The notes under the pieces: model-generated
Databases searched by the model: none
What the model was told of the DNA's origin: nothing
Seen by the model: the letters and a program-made list of their open reading frames with translations, nothing else
Position numbers and translations under genes: made by a program
Shown: positions 1 through 9,622 of the stretch, one piece after another
How positions within the stretch are numbered: the first letter of the stretch is position 1
Layout of the letters: each line of letters starts with the position of its first letter
Assembly: GCA_964459095.1 (NCBI GenBank)
Contig: CAYWKL010000002.1
Coordinates: 2,858 to 66,857, forward strand
From: an uncultured Gammaproteobacteria bacterium
GTDB lineage: Bacteria > Patescibacteriota > Microgenomatia > Daviesbacterales > UBA10151
Length of the DNA: 64,000 nucleotides
Direction of reading: 5' to 3'

Positions 1-610
1 TTATCAAACCTTGCTCCTTTCTTATTTTTGTTGTTTCTCGTCCTTTATCTATAATTTCTTGAGTTAACTTTTTTCCTTGATTTACTTCTTTTAACCTTCG
101 TTTCATTTCTTTTGTTCTTTCTTCCCCATACAATTCTTCAAATGTTTTACCTTTTTGAATGGCTATCTTCCCTTTGTTAGATTGGGATATCATGTTAACA
201 CTAGAATGTGTCTCTTTAGTATACCCTTTATTCCAAGATTTGTGGTTCATGTTACCTTGGCTAATGTTGTGTTTTATCCTATTAGCCTTCTCTTCCCCAT
301 ACATCTCCTCAAAATTCTTTCCTTGATTCCAATTAAGTTTGGATATTCCTATTCTCTTCTTTGTTTCGTCAGAATGTTTACGCCCCAGTCTAATTTGCCT
401 TTGAAGTTCTCTTAATTTTCTTCCCTTTTCTTCTCCTAATCTTTCCTCGTAAGTTTTTCCTTTCCTGTCAGCACTAATCTTAGCACAATGCTCTTCTGTG
501 AATATTCTACCCCTATTCCAGTGACCATACTTCCATTTACCACGATTAGCCTCTTCTCCGCATCCGCAAGCACATTTAATTAATTCATTTTCCATATATG
601 ATTGCTCCAT
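1..610 (-). CDS. NUMOD3-repeat protein, probable homing endonuclease (3' end runs off the window)
   Basis: Hand translation (not in the ORF track): MEQSYMENELIKCACGCGEE...HSDETKKRIG..., with repeated GK(T/N)(F/Y)EExxGEE units. The frame is open to base 2. Confidence 0.7.
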   Translation of the reverse strand, partial: MEQSYMENELIKCACGCGEEANRGKWKYGHWNRGRIFTEEHCAKISADRKGKTYEERLGEEKGRKLRELQRQIRLGRKHSDETKKRIGISKLNWNQGKNFEEMYGEEKANRIKHNISQGNMNHKSWNKGYTKETHSSVNMISQSNKGKIAIQKGKTFEELYGEERTKEMKRRLKEVNQGKKLTQEIIDKGRETTKIRKEQGLI

Positions 611-614
611 TTTC

Positions 615-1529
615 TTAACTCAAATATATAAATCCGTCAGGCGTTGCATTTATGACCCTAGCCAATTGGTTTCCGTTTTCATCTGTGTAATCCCATATCT
701 CTGCCAGTGTGCTCCTGTGCAAATCAAATCCTATGTCGTCGGTGAATATTGTAATGTTGTTGGATGGGTTTCCGTTGGTTGTTACTTTCACAGTCAGCGT
801 ATCCTTGCTGCCGTCTTCCAGCTTGCTGAACTCGTAGCATTTCAGCGCATTCTGGTCTGTGTTTCTCGCCAAGTCAAAGACAGACCTTGGAGGAGTGACA
901 AAATTTGTATTTGTTGATATGTCGCTAAGGTCGGCAGTCGCATATCCGAAGCATATCACATTTCCTTTTGCAGCATCCGGAGTTCCATAGCATTTGTCAG
1001 TATGGGATATCACACTTACTTCAAAGTCCGCAGTCTGCGTTGCGCCCATTGTGTAAGCACCTGCCCTGGATGTCTGGATGGCTCCTGTGGGATTCCTCAC
1101 TGTCACTTTAGGAAGAGTGTCTATGCTGCATCCGGTTCCGACAATATTATCAACAGACTCCTGGACCTTTGCGGTGTAATCCATTACATCAACATAAAAG
1201 TTAGTGCTTGGAACCGATGAGTTCATGAAGAAATAGAATTTATAGTTTACATTTGGAGTTACTGACAGTGTTCCGGAGTTTAATGATTTGGTTCCGAGGT
1301 CTTCCCTCGCTCCGTTCAGCCTGAAAACTCTTACTAATTCGTTTACCAGCAATGATGTACCCCCTATATATTTATCAACTCCAGTAAAGGTAACATCTGG
1401 CTCAATTAGATTAGCCAACGAAGAACTACTTGGAATTTGCTGTTTTACAACAGAAGAACTGTTATTTGACTGCGAAAGATAAACAAAAATGACTATAAGT
1501 ACTATTGCCCATAATGCGTTATTTTTCAC
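615..1529 (-). CDS. Membrane-anchored putative structural/surface protein, paralog of 1580..2521
   Basis: N-terminal hydrophobic helix. Shares FTGxxK..GT.L, VRV, DLG..S.NSGT, CYG.P.A..N.ICF.Y and FDL...TLAEIW...DE..N.L motifs with the upstream gene. Confidence 0.6.
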   Translation of the reverse strand: MKNNALWAIVLIVIFVYLSQSNNSSSVVKQQIPSSSSLANLIEPDVTFTGVDKYIGGTSLLVNELVRVFRLNGAREDLGTKSLNSGTLSVTPNVNYKFYFFMNSSVPSTNFYVDVMDYTAKVQESVDNIVGTGCSIDTLPKVTVRNPTGAIQTSRAGAYTMGATQTADFEVSVISHTDKCYGTPDAAKGNVICFGYATADLSDISTNTNFVTPPRSVFDLARNTDQNALKCYEFSKLEDGSKDTLTVKVTTNGNPSNNITIFTDDIGFDLHRSTLAEIWDYTDENGNQLARVINATPDGFIYLS

Positions 1530-1579
1530 CTTGCACCTCCGTTAAAAATAAAAATAAAAAAAAAATAAAAAAAGGTTTC

Positions 1580-2521
1580 CTAAGAAACCTGGATAGTTTG
1601 GTGCCTTCCTGCAATGGTTGTTGAACCAAGGTTGTTGTTAGACTCATCCTGGAATCCCCATATCTCTGCAAGTGTGTTTTGGTCCAAATCAAAGTCAACA
1701 TCTTCAATCATAATGCTGATGTTGGCTGAACTGCTTGCTGCAGGGTTCTGTCCGGATGCAGGCTTAACTGTAACCTTTAGAGTTTGGCTTGCCGTGTCTT
1801 CCAACAAGTTTAATTGATAGCAGCTTGTTGAATATCCAGTTGTCTGTATATTCCCTATAGAGTAAGGTATCGCGCTTGAAGGCGTGTCTGCTTTGACTGA
1901 CTCATAGGTTGTAGAGTTGTACTGGAAGCAGATGGCATTCTTGCTTGGCGCCCCTGGGTTCCCATAGCATGCGTCAGCTCCTGCTTTAACCTTAACTTCA
2001 ACATCAACAACTTCGTCTTGCGCAACATCTTCTACGTTTGTTGCGTTTGTCAAAACCTGCCCATCAGAGTTGTAAACCGTGATAGCCGGGTTGGCATCCA
2101 CTGTGCACAATTCTCCAACTTTGTTGTCAGTTGCCTTCTGGCATGGTGCCACATAACTCTCTACAGTTGTATAACGGGTGTTGCTTGATGTATTTTCCCC
2201 ATAATACAATTTATATGTAGCGCCTGGTACTAGGGTCACTGTTCCAGAATTCATTGATACCTGCCCTAAATCCATAATGCTTCCTTGTTTTATAACCCTT
2301 ACAAAATCAGTTGTAAGAGCTGTTCCCTTCAGGTGCTTGTTTAGCCCTGTAAAGGATGCTTGCCCATCAACAAGCTTGCACAAGTCCACTCCTGTGCCTG
2401 TGTCTCCGCCACCGCCACCACTATTAGGAGGGGGTAACTGAGGTGCCTGTTGCTGCTGGTTTAGTAACAACACTGCTACTATAATGGCTCCAGCAATCAA
2501 AAGTCCTTCATTCTTTGCCAT
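1580..2521 (-). CDS. Membrane-anchored putative major structural/surface protein
   Basis: TM/signal peptide, Q/P/G-rich linker, beta-rich Cys-containing body. First gene after a TATA box at about 2665-2675, followed by a T-rich terminator-like tract (1545-1575). Confidence 0.6.
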   Translation of the reverse strand: MAKNEGLLIAGAIIVAVLLLNQQQQAPQLPPPNSGGGGGDTGTGVDLCKLVDGQASFTGLNKHLKGTALTTDFVRVIKQGSIMDLGQVSMNSGTVTLVPGATYKLYYGENTSSNTRYTTVESYVAPCQKATDNKVGELCTVDANPAITVYNSDGQVLTNATNVEDVAQDEVVDVEVKVKAGADACYGNPGAPSKNAICFQYNSTTYESVKADTPSSAIPYSIGNIQTTGYSTSCYQLNLLEDTASQTLKVTVKPASGQNPAASSSANISIMIEDVDFDLDQNTLAEIWGFQDESNNNLGSTTIAGRHQTIQVS

Positions 2522-2754
2522 GTTCTTTTCCTCGTCTCAATTTCCAGAAGCATTGAGATGGCTTCTTTGGTTAACTTAGATTTGTAGCACGCCTTTAAGC
2601 ATAGAGACAAGTTAGGTTTAACAGAACAAGGTATAATTTGCCATATAAGACTGCATTCTAAGTTATATTTAAATTGATGTCAGGACTTATTAATAAACTT
2701 TTCTAAAACCGAAAAGTATAAATATACGCTGTATTACACAATATTACGAATAAG

Positions 2755-2928
2755 ATGGTCAGGATGCAGAAGATAGTAAAGAAGATTGGAAATTCCCTTG
2801 GAATAATCTTTAACAGGGATGAGCGGAAAATTATTGGGCTGAAGAAAGGCAGCATTCTTGAAATTGATGTTGAGAAGAAGGAGGAAAAAAAAGGTATAGA
2901 TGAACATAAAGATATTAGAACTGATTGA
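2755..2928 (+). CDS. AbrB/MazE/SpoVT-type DNA-binding protein
   Basis: Hand translation MVRMQKIVKKIGNSLGIIFNRDERKIIGLKKGSILEIDV... (57 aa) has the KIGNSLGI motif. TATA box at 2717-2724. Confidence 0.75.
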   Translation: MVRMQKIVKKIGNSLGIIFNRDERKIIGLKKGSILEIDVEKKEEKKGIDEHKDIRTD

Positions 2929-3106
2929 TAAAAGTATTGAAAGTAGAAAAAAATATTTCAATGAATTAAAAGATGGTTTATTTAGCAAAAAACAAAAAAA
3001 ATCATTATATAAACTGCAGATACAATTGCAGTTATTAAGGCGTCTTAAAAGAAAAATCATAAGAATAAACAGGAGAGATATTGTTGATGTTGAAAAAAAA
3101 GGGTAA
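2900..3106 (+). CDS. hypothetical basic protein
   Basis: 68-aa ORF between the AbrB-like gene and the recombinase. Confidence 0.45.
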   Translation: MNIKILELIDKSIESRKKYFNELKDGLFSKKQKKSLYKLQIQLQLLRRLKRKIIRINRRDIVDVEKKG

Positions 3107-3149
3107 AAAAGATATTCACTTGTTATATGCTAAGATGAGTTTTTGAAAG

Positions 3150-3980
3150 ATGGAAGAACTAAAAACATTCGAGCAGGTCATAGGGATACAGAGATATAGC
3201 AACTCAACAAAGAGGATTTATAGGTTTCATATTAAAAACTTCTTGATATTTTGTAGAGGCAAGCCTGCCCAAGATAAAATTTTGGAGTATTTATTCAACC
3301 TGGAAAGGTACAAACCATCATCGCTGAACATAGCAAAATACAGCATAATTTACTTTTTCAGAAATATTATGAATCAGGAGATAATTACCAAAATACCTAA
3401 AATAAAAAGGGAAAAATTATTGCCAAAAACGATTGATAGTGATGCGATAATGAAGATGGTAAACATAACTTCCAACCTCAAGCATAAAATATTGATAGAG
3501 CTTTTGTACAGTAGTGGGTTAAGATTGGGAGAGGTTAATAAAGTACAATGGACTGATTTAGATTTCAAGAACAGATTAATCTTTGTAAAGGGCAAAGGCA
3601 ACAAAGAAAGGTATACCAAGCTATCTGAAAGAGTTATTGGTGATTTGATGAAATATAAAGAAGTGAGGAATGCTAAGGGAGATAACAAAAACCCCTATGT
3701 GTTTGATAGTGAGCAAAGACCAGAAACCCATATATCCAAAAAGACAGTTCAGAAAGTTTTGGAGAATGCTGCAAGAAAACTGAATTTGGATGTTAGGGTG
3801 TCACCCCATAAGATAAGGCATTCTTTTGCAACTCATAGTTTAGAGAATGGAATTGATAGTAGGTTTATTCAGAAGATGCTGGGACATTCAAGCTCAAGAA
3901 CAACAGAGATTTACACACAAGTTACAAGAAATAGTCTGAAGAACATTGAAAGTCCTTTGGATGTTGCTTGCAGAGTGTAG
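3150..3980 (+). CDS. Tyrosine recombinase, short Xer/integron-integrase-like, lacking the IntI-specific insertion
   Basis: Motifs LYSSGLRLGE (R), KGKGNKER (K), HKIRHSFATH (HxxR), LGHSS..TT.IY (H,Y), an N-terminal SAM-like domain and C-terminal IESPLD. Only about 28 aa separate KER from YVF. Confidence 0.93.
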   Translation: MEELKTFEQVIGIQRYSNSTKRIYRFHIKNFLIFCRGKPAQDKILEYLFNLERYKPSSLNIAKYSIIYFFRNIMNQEIITKIPKIKREKLLPKTIDSDAIMKMVNITSNLKHKILIELLYSSGLRLGEVNKVQWTDLDFKNRLIFVKGKGNKERYTKLSERVIGDLMKYKEVRNAKGDNKNPYVFDSEQRPETHISKKTVQKVLENAARKLNLDVRVSPHKIRHSFATHSLENGIDSRFIQKMLGHSSSRTTEIYTQVTRNSLKNIESPLDVACRV

Positions 3981-4023
3981 TTTAATCTAACCTCATTAGA
4001 TTAAACAGATAATTATCGAAAAT
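3980..4023 (+). repeat. Array-1 entry site: perfect 11-bp hairpin followed by a 6-nt spacer and arm TTATCGAAAAT
   Basis: gtttaatctaa(3980-3990) cctca ttagattaaac(3996-4006) agataa TTATCGAAAAT. Confidence 0.6.
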
Positions 4024-4309
4024 GAAAAAAATTATACTATTGATTGGAATTGTAACATTACTATTAATTAGTGGGTGTGATAAACAAGAACAATCTATTT
4101 GTGTTGATAAGAATTGTTCTAATTTAGTTATAAATAATTCCTCAACGATATTTAAGAATATTACAGCTATGTTTGTTATAGATTGTTCATTACCCGAATA
4201 TTATGGAAATGGAACTGTTGAAATAGTTTATGGTGAGGCGATATATAATAATACAAATGTAATAGAAATCCCATTTATAGAGTTTTGTAAAAGATTAGAG
4301 TCAAAATAA
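4022..4309 (+). CDS. Putative secreted/lipoprotein (cassette cargo)
   Basis: MKKIILLIGIVTLLLISGC signal peptide with a lipobox-like motif. Confidence 0.7.
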   Translation: MKKIILLIGIVTLLLISGCDKQEQSICVDKNCSNLVINNSSTIFKNITAMFVIDCSLPEYYGNGTVEIVYGEAIYNNTNVIEIPFIEFCKRLESK

Positions 4310-4325
4310 TTTTTTTCACATCCGA

Positions 4326-4405
4326 TAATAAAAATTAAATAACAGATTTAAAGATTCATTGACGGAAATTATAGTTTAAATCCGTCATTTGAATTTCATA
4401 CATTA
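4326..4405 (+). repeat. attC-like folded site H
   Basis: TAAT-aaa-aattaaat..gatttaaa...tttaaatc..atttgaatt-tcatac-ATTA, followed by arm TTATGCTATAT. Confidence 0.65.
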
Positions 4406-4559
4406 TGCTATATTAAAACACGAAACCCAAAAATAACTTATTTCACAACATCACCTATAAGTTAGATATAGTTAAAATTCAAAAACTATATAAACAAGCA
4501 CTAACTCCATATTTTGCGGCCCACACGATGGCGGTTTATTATTAAGTTTAGGTTTAGAG

Positions 4560-4754
4560 GTGATAAGCATCAGTGAAGAGTTTGTTGATTTCATTGCTTT
4601 CTTGGATGATAATGAGGAAAAGAGAGAGTGGTATGTAAAGATAATTGAAGCCAGCCACTTTGTAACATTCATAACCAAGGACGGAAATACTGTTTCTATA
4701 CCCTCAAGCAGGGTTTTGAAGATAAAAAAGAGGAGAGTTGCTTCAGATGATTAG
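4560..4754 (+). CDS. Small beta-rich protein (possible Sm/LSm-like fold) coupled to MCM
   Basis: FVTFITKDGNTVSIPSSRVLKIK pattern; overlaps the MCM start; TATA box at about 4487. Confidence 0.4.
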   Translation: MISISEEFVDFIAFLDDNEEKREWYVKIIEASHFVTFITKDGNTVSIPSSRVLKIKKRRVASDD

Positions 4755-7700
4755 TGAAAGAATATCTGAGTTTGCAGACTTCTTTGCAAAGAACTACATG
4801 GCGGAGCTGACACAAGCTAAAGGCTGCATCATAATATCATTCACAAGCCTGTCAGAATGGAATGTTGACTTGGCCAGTGAGCTTCTTGGTTCTCCCGAAG
4901 ATTATTTGAAGATGGCAAACAAGGCTATTCAAACGCTTATTGATGAAAGAGAGATAACAGTGAGATTCACAGGGCTTCCAAATACACAGAATAGGAATGT
5001 TTGGGAAACAAGAAAAGAGGATGTTGGCAAGTTTATTGCATTGACGGGCATAATCAACAAGTCATCCAGTATAATTCACTTATGTGAAACTGCAAAATTT
5101 GAGTGCTCGAATTGTGGAACGGTGATGTCTATTGTTCAGAATGACGGCAAGTTCACAGAGCCTTCCAAATGCAACTGCGGAAGAAAAGGAAAGATGAATT
5201 TGATTGACAAGGAATTCACGGACATAATCAAATTGGGAGTTATAGACGACCTCATGGCAAGGGAGAATGTGGACAGAAGTATCGCAAGAGAAAAGCTTGC
5301 AATATTATCGCAGGACCTGACTTCGCTCGAAGTTGACCAGAAGATAAAGCCAGGTAAAAAGGTAGTTCTAAACGGCTACTTCAAATATCAGCAGAAATCC
5401 GGCAGTGCAGAGTTTGATTCCATCTTCCACGTTAATTCAATGGAATTTGTGCAGGTTGGGTGGGACACTGTCAAGGTGAACACAATAGAAGAATCACAAA
5501 TTAAAATGTTGGCAAAACAGGATGATATAATAAACAGGCTGGCAGAATCAATTGCTGATGTTGAAGGATTTGCAGAGGCAAAAAAAGCATGCTTATTGAT
5601 GCTAGCTGGCGCCCCCCATAAATATGATGAAAATGGGCACCTTGTATCAAGAGGGACCACCCATATCCTGTTAATCGGCAATCCCGGAGGCGGGAAAACT
5701 TTCTTAGCCAAAAGAGCAGGTTCCATCTCTCCAGTCTATTCTTTTGCGTCTGCTGCGACAGCTTCCGGAAAAGGGCTTGTGGCTGCAGTCAGCCAGGATA
5801 AGGATATAGGCGCATGGGTTATATATCCAGGAGTTGTGGCAATGGCTAATAAGGGTGTGTGTATCTCAGGCAATCAAAAAATTATGACTAGCAGGGGACT
5901 TTTATCAATTAAAGATGTTAAGCAGGATGATAAGATATTATCTTTTGGTTTTGACGGTGTGAAGGAGAAGCATGTATCCGGACTTATTTTTAACGGGGTT
6001 AAGGAGGTTGTACAACTAACACTTTATTCAGGAGACACAATCACATGCACGCCGGACCATAGAATAATGACCAGTGGCGGATGGAAGCCTGCTGGAGACT
6101 TAACCACAAAGGATTATATCAAAAATTACTTTACTTCAATTACCAACTTTGAGAACAGAGAGGATATTGAAGATGGATGGCTTTTTGGATTTGCATTGTC
6201 AGATGTGTGGTACAACACCTCCTTAAAGAAGGGTTCCAAAAATTGTGTGCGAAATGTCATGTCTTACAGTTCTTCCATAATAAACAAAGAAAGGTCGGAA
6301 TATGTGCATAAACTGCTGATTGGAAGGGGAATCAGGAGTATACATGTTAAAAATATTCCTTCCAATAAGCATCTTGTAGCTGGAAAACAGCAGAAGTTTA
6401 AGGAAGGGGTTACTTATAGATTTTCAGATAAGAAGCTGCATAATGAAATAAAAGATATGATGGAGAGCAATCTCCTCGTAAAATCTACTGATGATTTTTA
6501 TGCTGGATTTTTAGCGGGTATTCTGAGTACAGATGCTTGCATTAGCCACAAGAAAGGAAAGTATGGGATTAAGCATGAAATAGCAGTGACTCTGACAAGA
6601 TACAACAAGTCCAGCCAAACAAAAGAATGGAACAGAAACATTCAGATATTAGTGAACTCATTATTTCATCGCTTTGGAATTTTAAGTTGTATCAGGGGGG
6701 ATAAAATTATAATATCATCACTTACAAGCTACAATCTTTGTGTATCACTGCTCAAAGAGTTTATGGTTGGCAAGAATAAGGAAAAGTTATACCACGTTTT
6801 ACCAAAAAAGAGGATAAGCAGCTATGATGACTGGATGGATGATGAATATGTAAAATGGTTTTGTTCAATCAAATTTAAAACAAGCAAAACTGTCAAATAC
6901 GGATTACATTCTTCTATATGGTACTCACGTAAAAAAAAGAGGGTAAGCTCGCAATTGATGAATATACTGTTCAAATTTTGGGAGGAGATAACAGACGAGG
7001 AGTTCTGGCCGCCTGCTAAGGATTATTTGTTAAACAAAATAATTTCTGTGGAGAGGGCGGGAAGCCAGGAGGTGTATGACATCACTATTCCTGAAAATCA
7101 TAATTTTATGTTGACTGGGGGGTTAGCCCATAATTGTGTCATTGATGAAGTGGATAAAACACATAAAGATGATTATGGGGACCATAACAACGCAATGAAT
7201 GATATGGAATGTTTGATAGCCAAGGGCAATGTGAAAGGGAAGCTGGAGACAGAAACAAGCTATTTGGCGACAGCAAACCCGGAAAACAGGATATTTTCCT
7301 CGTATGATACATATGCAAACCAGATAGATATGCCCAAGGATTTTCAGGATAGGTTTGACCTGATATTGCCGATGGTGTCCCCAACTGACAAAAAAGCCCA
7401 GGAAAAGATAATGGATATAATGCTTGGAAGACACACTGATGATAAAAGCAAAAAAAGCTGGAATCCGGAGTTTACCCATAATTTTATTCAGAAGTATGTG
7501 GCATATTGCAGAAGGAGTAATCCCAACCCAATATTATCTCCAGAATTGTTTGCATACATAAAGAAGAAACTCATTGAGCTGATGAAACCAAGAAGCGAGG
7601 AGCAGTCAATGATATCTTTCAGGCATCTTGAAAGCATACTAAGGTTTGAATATGGAGCAGCAAGGTTAAGGCTTAGGGATATAACTGAAGAAGATGTGGA

Positions 7701-8001
7701 CCTTGCGTTTAACCTCAAGAAGAAATCATTTATAGAGCTTGGGATAATATCAGAGGCAGGGGGATTCAGCTGGGCAAAGCTTGAGGAGGTAGAGGAAAAA
7801 GTTATATCTGAGAAAGAAATAATTCATAACATACTGAGGGAACTGATGCCAGATGGCAGCACCATGGCTGAATGGCACGAGATAATTAAGAGATGCACTG
7901 AGAAAGGGATAGAAGAGGATAAAGCTGAAGAGCACATCCAGAAGCTGATTACAAAGGGAGATTATTTTGAACCGAAGCGGGGATTCCTGAGGAGGATATG
8001 A
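4738..8001 (+). CDS. mcm: MCM replicative helicase with intein (likely start ATG 4747)
   Basis: Zn finger CSNCG..CNCG, Walker A HILLIGNPGGGKT, SGKGL, Walker B IDEVDK, ATANP, DRFDLI arginine finger, C-terminal wHTH (FEPKRG). Confidence 0.96.
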   Translation: MLQMISERISEFADFFAKNYMAELTQAKGCIIISFTSLSEWNVDLASELLGSPEDYLKMANKAIQTLIDEREITVRFTGLPNTQNRNVWETRKEDVGKFIALTGIINKSSSIIHLCETAKFECSNCGTVMSIVQNDGKFTEPSKCNCGRKGKMNLIDKEFTDIIKLGVIDDLMARENVDRSIAREKLAILSQDLTSLEVDQKIKPGKKVVLNGYFKYQQKSGSAEFDSIFHVNSMEFVQVGWDTVKVNTIEESQIKMLAKQDDIINRLAESIADVEGFAEAKKACLLMLAGAPHKYDENGHLVSRGTTHILLIGNPGGGKTFLAKRAGSISPVYSFASAATASGKGLVAAVSQDKDIGAWVIYPGVVAMANKGVCISGNQKIMTSRGLLSIKDVKQDDKILSFGFDGVKEKHVSGLIFNGVKEVVQLTLYSGDTITCTPDHRIMTSGGWKPAGDLTTKDYIKNYFTSITNFENREDIEDGWLFGFALSDVWYNTSLKKGSKNCVRNVMSYSSSIINKERSEYVHKLLIGRGIRSIHVKNIPSNKHLVAGKQQKFKEGVTYRFSDKKLHNEIKDMMESNLLVKSTDDFYAGFLAGILSTDACISHKKGKYGIKHEIAVTLTRYNKSSQTKEWNRNIQILVNSLFHRFGILSCIRGDKIIISSLTSYNLCVSLLKEFMVGKNKEKLYHVLPKKRISSYDDWMDDEYVKWFCSIKFKTSKTVKYGLHSSIWYSRKKKRVSSQLMNILFKFWEEITDEEFWPPAKDYLLNKIISVERAGSQEVYDITIPENHNFMLTGGLAHNCVIDEVDKTHKDDYGDHNNAMNDMECLIAKGNVKGKLETETSYLATANPENRIFSSYDTYANQIDMPKDFQDRFDLILPMVSPTDKKAQEKIMDIMLGRHTDDKSKKSWNPEFTHNFIQKYVAYCRRSNPNPILSPELFAYIKKKLIELMKPRSEEQSMISFRHLESILRFEYGAARLRLRDITEEDVDLAFNLKKKSFIELGIISEAGGFSWAKLEEVEEKVISEKEIIHNILRELMPDGSTMAEWHEIIKRCTEKGIEEDKAEEHIQKLITKGDYFEPKRGFLRRI
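5860..7134 (+). mobile_element. Intein with LAGLIDADG homing endonuclease in MCM, just before Walker B
   Basis: NKGV|CISGNQ...TCTPDHRI...LFGFALSD...FLAGILSTDA...VYDITI...AHN|CVIDE; 425 aa. Confidence 0.93.
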
Positions 8002-8690
8002 AGATGGATAAAAATAAAACACTAGTTATATTAAAAGGGTTACTATTATTTTTAGTGTTAAGCTTAATAATTCTAACTATCTTGTTTATTTATTTTAATA
8101 GCGAGTACCTTATCCAGAAATTTACACCCTATATTGATGAACCTCAACAATGCTTTTCAGTCTCCCAGGACTGCAGTGAATTTGCAGATAACCTGTCCTC
8201 AAAAGAGATTGACAGTTTGAAACTAGAGTATAACCAGCTAGTAACAAGATTTAATGATTTAATAAATGTTACCAATAGAGTATATGAAGAAAAAATATTT
8301 TGGAAAGAACAAGCGTTCAAGAAAGGAGATGGGAGAATGCTATGCTGGAATGAAAATACAGATGTTCCTGATAAAATATTGGATAAAAAGGAAGTGTGCA
8401 GGGAAGGATGCTACTATAAGATGCTATGCACAAACAGCATGAAGCCTTTGTTTGACTGCACGGATACACTGACGGTGTACACCAACCTAGAAGAGGATGA
8501 AATAGAGATGTGTGATGTGATAGGGTTTAGTACTCTGGAATATCCCGAATATGACTGGGTTGTTCATAGGGTGGTTAACATAACTGACGAGGGGTATGCA
8601 ACAAAAGGGGATGCTAACGCGTATCCTGACAGTTATATTGTTAAGTTTGAGGATGTAATATTTAAACTAATTGAGGTTAAGTACGGATGA
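7998..8690 (+). CDS. Signal peptidase I (S26)-like membrane protein
   Basis: N-terminal TM, NSMKP (catalytic Ser), VVHRVV, TKGDAN..PD. Confidence 0.8.
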   Translation: MKMDKNKTLVILKGLLLFLVLSLIILTILFIYFNSEYLIQKFTPYIDEPQQCFSVSQDCSEFADNLSSKEIDSLKLEYNQLVTRFNDLINVTNRVYEEKIFWKEQAFKKGDGRMLCWNENTDVPDKILDKKEVCREGCYYKMLCTNSMKPLFDCTDTLTVYTNLEEDEIEMCDVIGFSTLEYPEYDWVVHRVVNITDEGYATKGDANAYPDSYIVKFEDVIFKLIEVKYG

Positions 8691-9622
8691 AAAAAGGAAA
8701 GAAATTTGAACATAAACAGGAATGTGATAGTTGCAAGACTAAATCTTGTTACAGACATTGTAATGAATATTCTGAATGTAGAGGAAAACATAAGAAAAAA
8801 GAGAATTGGTTTATGGAAATTAAAAAGTGTAACTTTTGTGATAATATTATTTATAAATCCGACAAACCAAAACAATTTCATTTAATTAAAACTTGTTTTA
8901 ATAAGGAATGCAAATTAAAACTTCATAGAATAAGTGCTAATAAATATTCACTAAAATTAAGAATATTAATACCAAGAAAAAATTGTGCATATTGTCAAAA
9001 AGAATACCAGCCTTATAAGGTAACAGGGAAAGTATGTTCTGATAATTGTGCAAAAAAATTATATGATTTAAATAACAAAGATAGCAAAAAATCAAGAAAT
9101 AGGGAGTATTGGCAAAGGAAAAAAGTGGAAGACCCAGATTATTTAAAACGATTATGGAAAAACAAATATCAAAAACGAAAATCTTATTATCTCATTTATA
9201 ATAAAAAAGTTTATGAAAAATTTAAAGATAAATACAGGCAAATTGAAAATAAAAGAAGGGAAAAATTAGGATTACCTTTAGTAAGTCATAATTATAAACG
9301 GGAGGTTGAATTAATTAAACGGATTTCTCAGTTATTTCCACAGGAAAAAATGAAAATACATGATAGGAGGACATTTAAAGGAGTAGAGTTAGACATACAT
9401 ATTCCTAACAAAAAACTCGTGGTTGAACATCAAGGTGTGCAACATTTTAAAGAAGTTCCATATTTTAAAAGTAATTCTTTAAAAAATAATCAAGCTAAGG
9501 ATGAATTAAGGAGAAAATTATGTATTCAAAATAATATTAAACTAATCGAAATAAATTATAATGATATTATATCTACAAATTTTATTATTAATAAACTAAA
9601 AGAGGTTGGAATTGATGCGTAA
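8687..9622 (+). CDS. Zn-finger plus PD-(D/E)XK/Vsr-like endonuclease (homing-type)
   Basis: Multiple CxxC motifs; C-terminal ELDIHIP..KLVVEHQG.QHF...D..RR..C....IKLIEI; very AT-rich. Confidence 0.75.
   Translation: MKKGKKFEHKQECDSCKTKSCYRHCNEYSECRGKHKKKENWFMEIKKCNFCDNIIYKSDKPKQFHLIKTCFNKECKLKLHRISANKYSLKLRILIPRKNCAYCQKEYQPYKVTGKVCSDNCAKKLYDLNNKDSKKSRNREYWQRKKVEDPDYLKRLWKNKYQKRKSYYLIYNKKVYEKFKDKYRQIENKRREKLGLPLVSHNYKREVELIKRISQLFPQEKMKIHDRRTFKGVELDIHIPNKKLVVEHQGVQHFKEVPYFKSNSLKNNQAKDELRRKLCIQNNIKLIEINYNDIISTNFIINKLKEVGIDA

Larger units (their letters stand above)
4012..4405 (+). mobile_element. Gene cassette 1a (ORF 4022..4309 plus attC-like site)
   Basis: Inverted repeat attatcgaaaatgaaaaaaattat (4012-4035) vs ataatttttttcacatccgataat (4306-4329), 21/24 match, followed by a hairpin site ending in CATACATTA. 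Confidence 0.75.

Noticed and set aside
3106-3133. dif-like 11-6-11 (aaaaagatatt cacttg ttatatgctaa) upstream of the recombinase, suggesting the integrase is itself a cassette
   Set aside because: No complementary arm at the integrase 3' end; left as a possibility only.
5388-8022. Antisense ORFs inside MCM, and similar shadow ORFs throughout the ORF track
   Set aside because: They lie opposite well-supported genes and lack RBSs or recognisable motifs.
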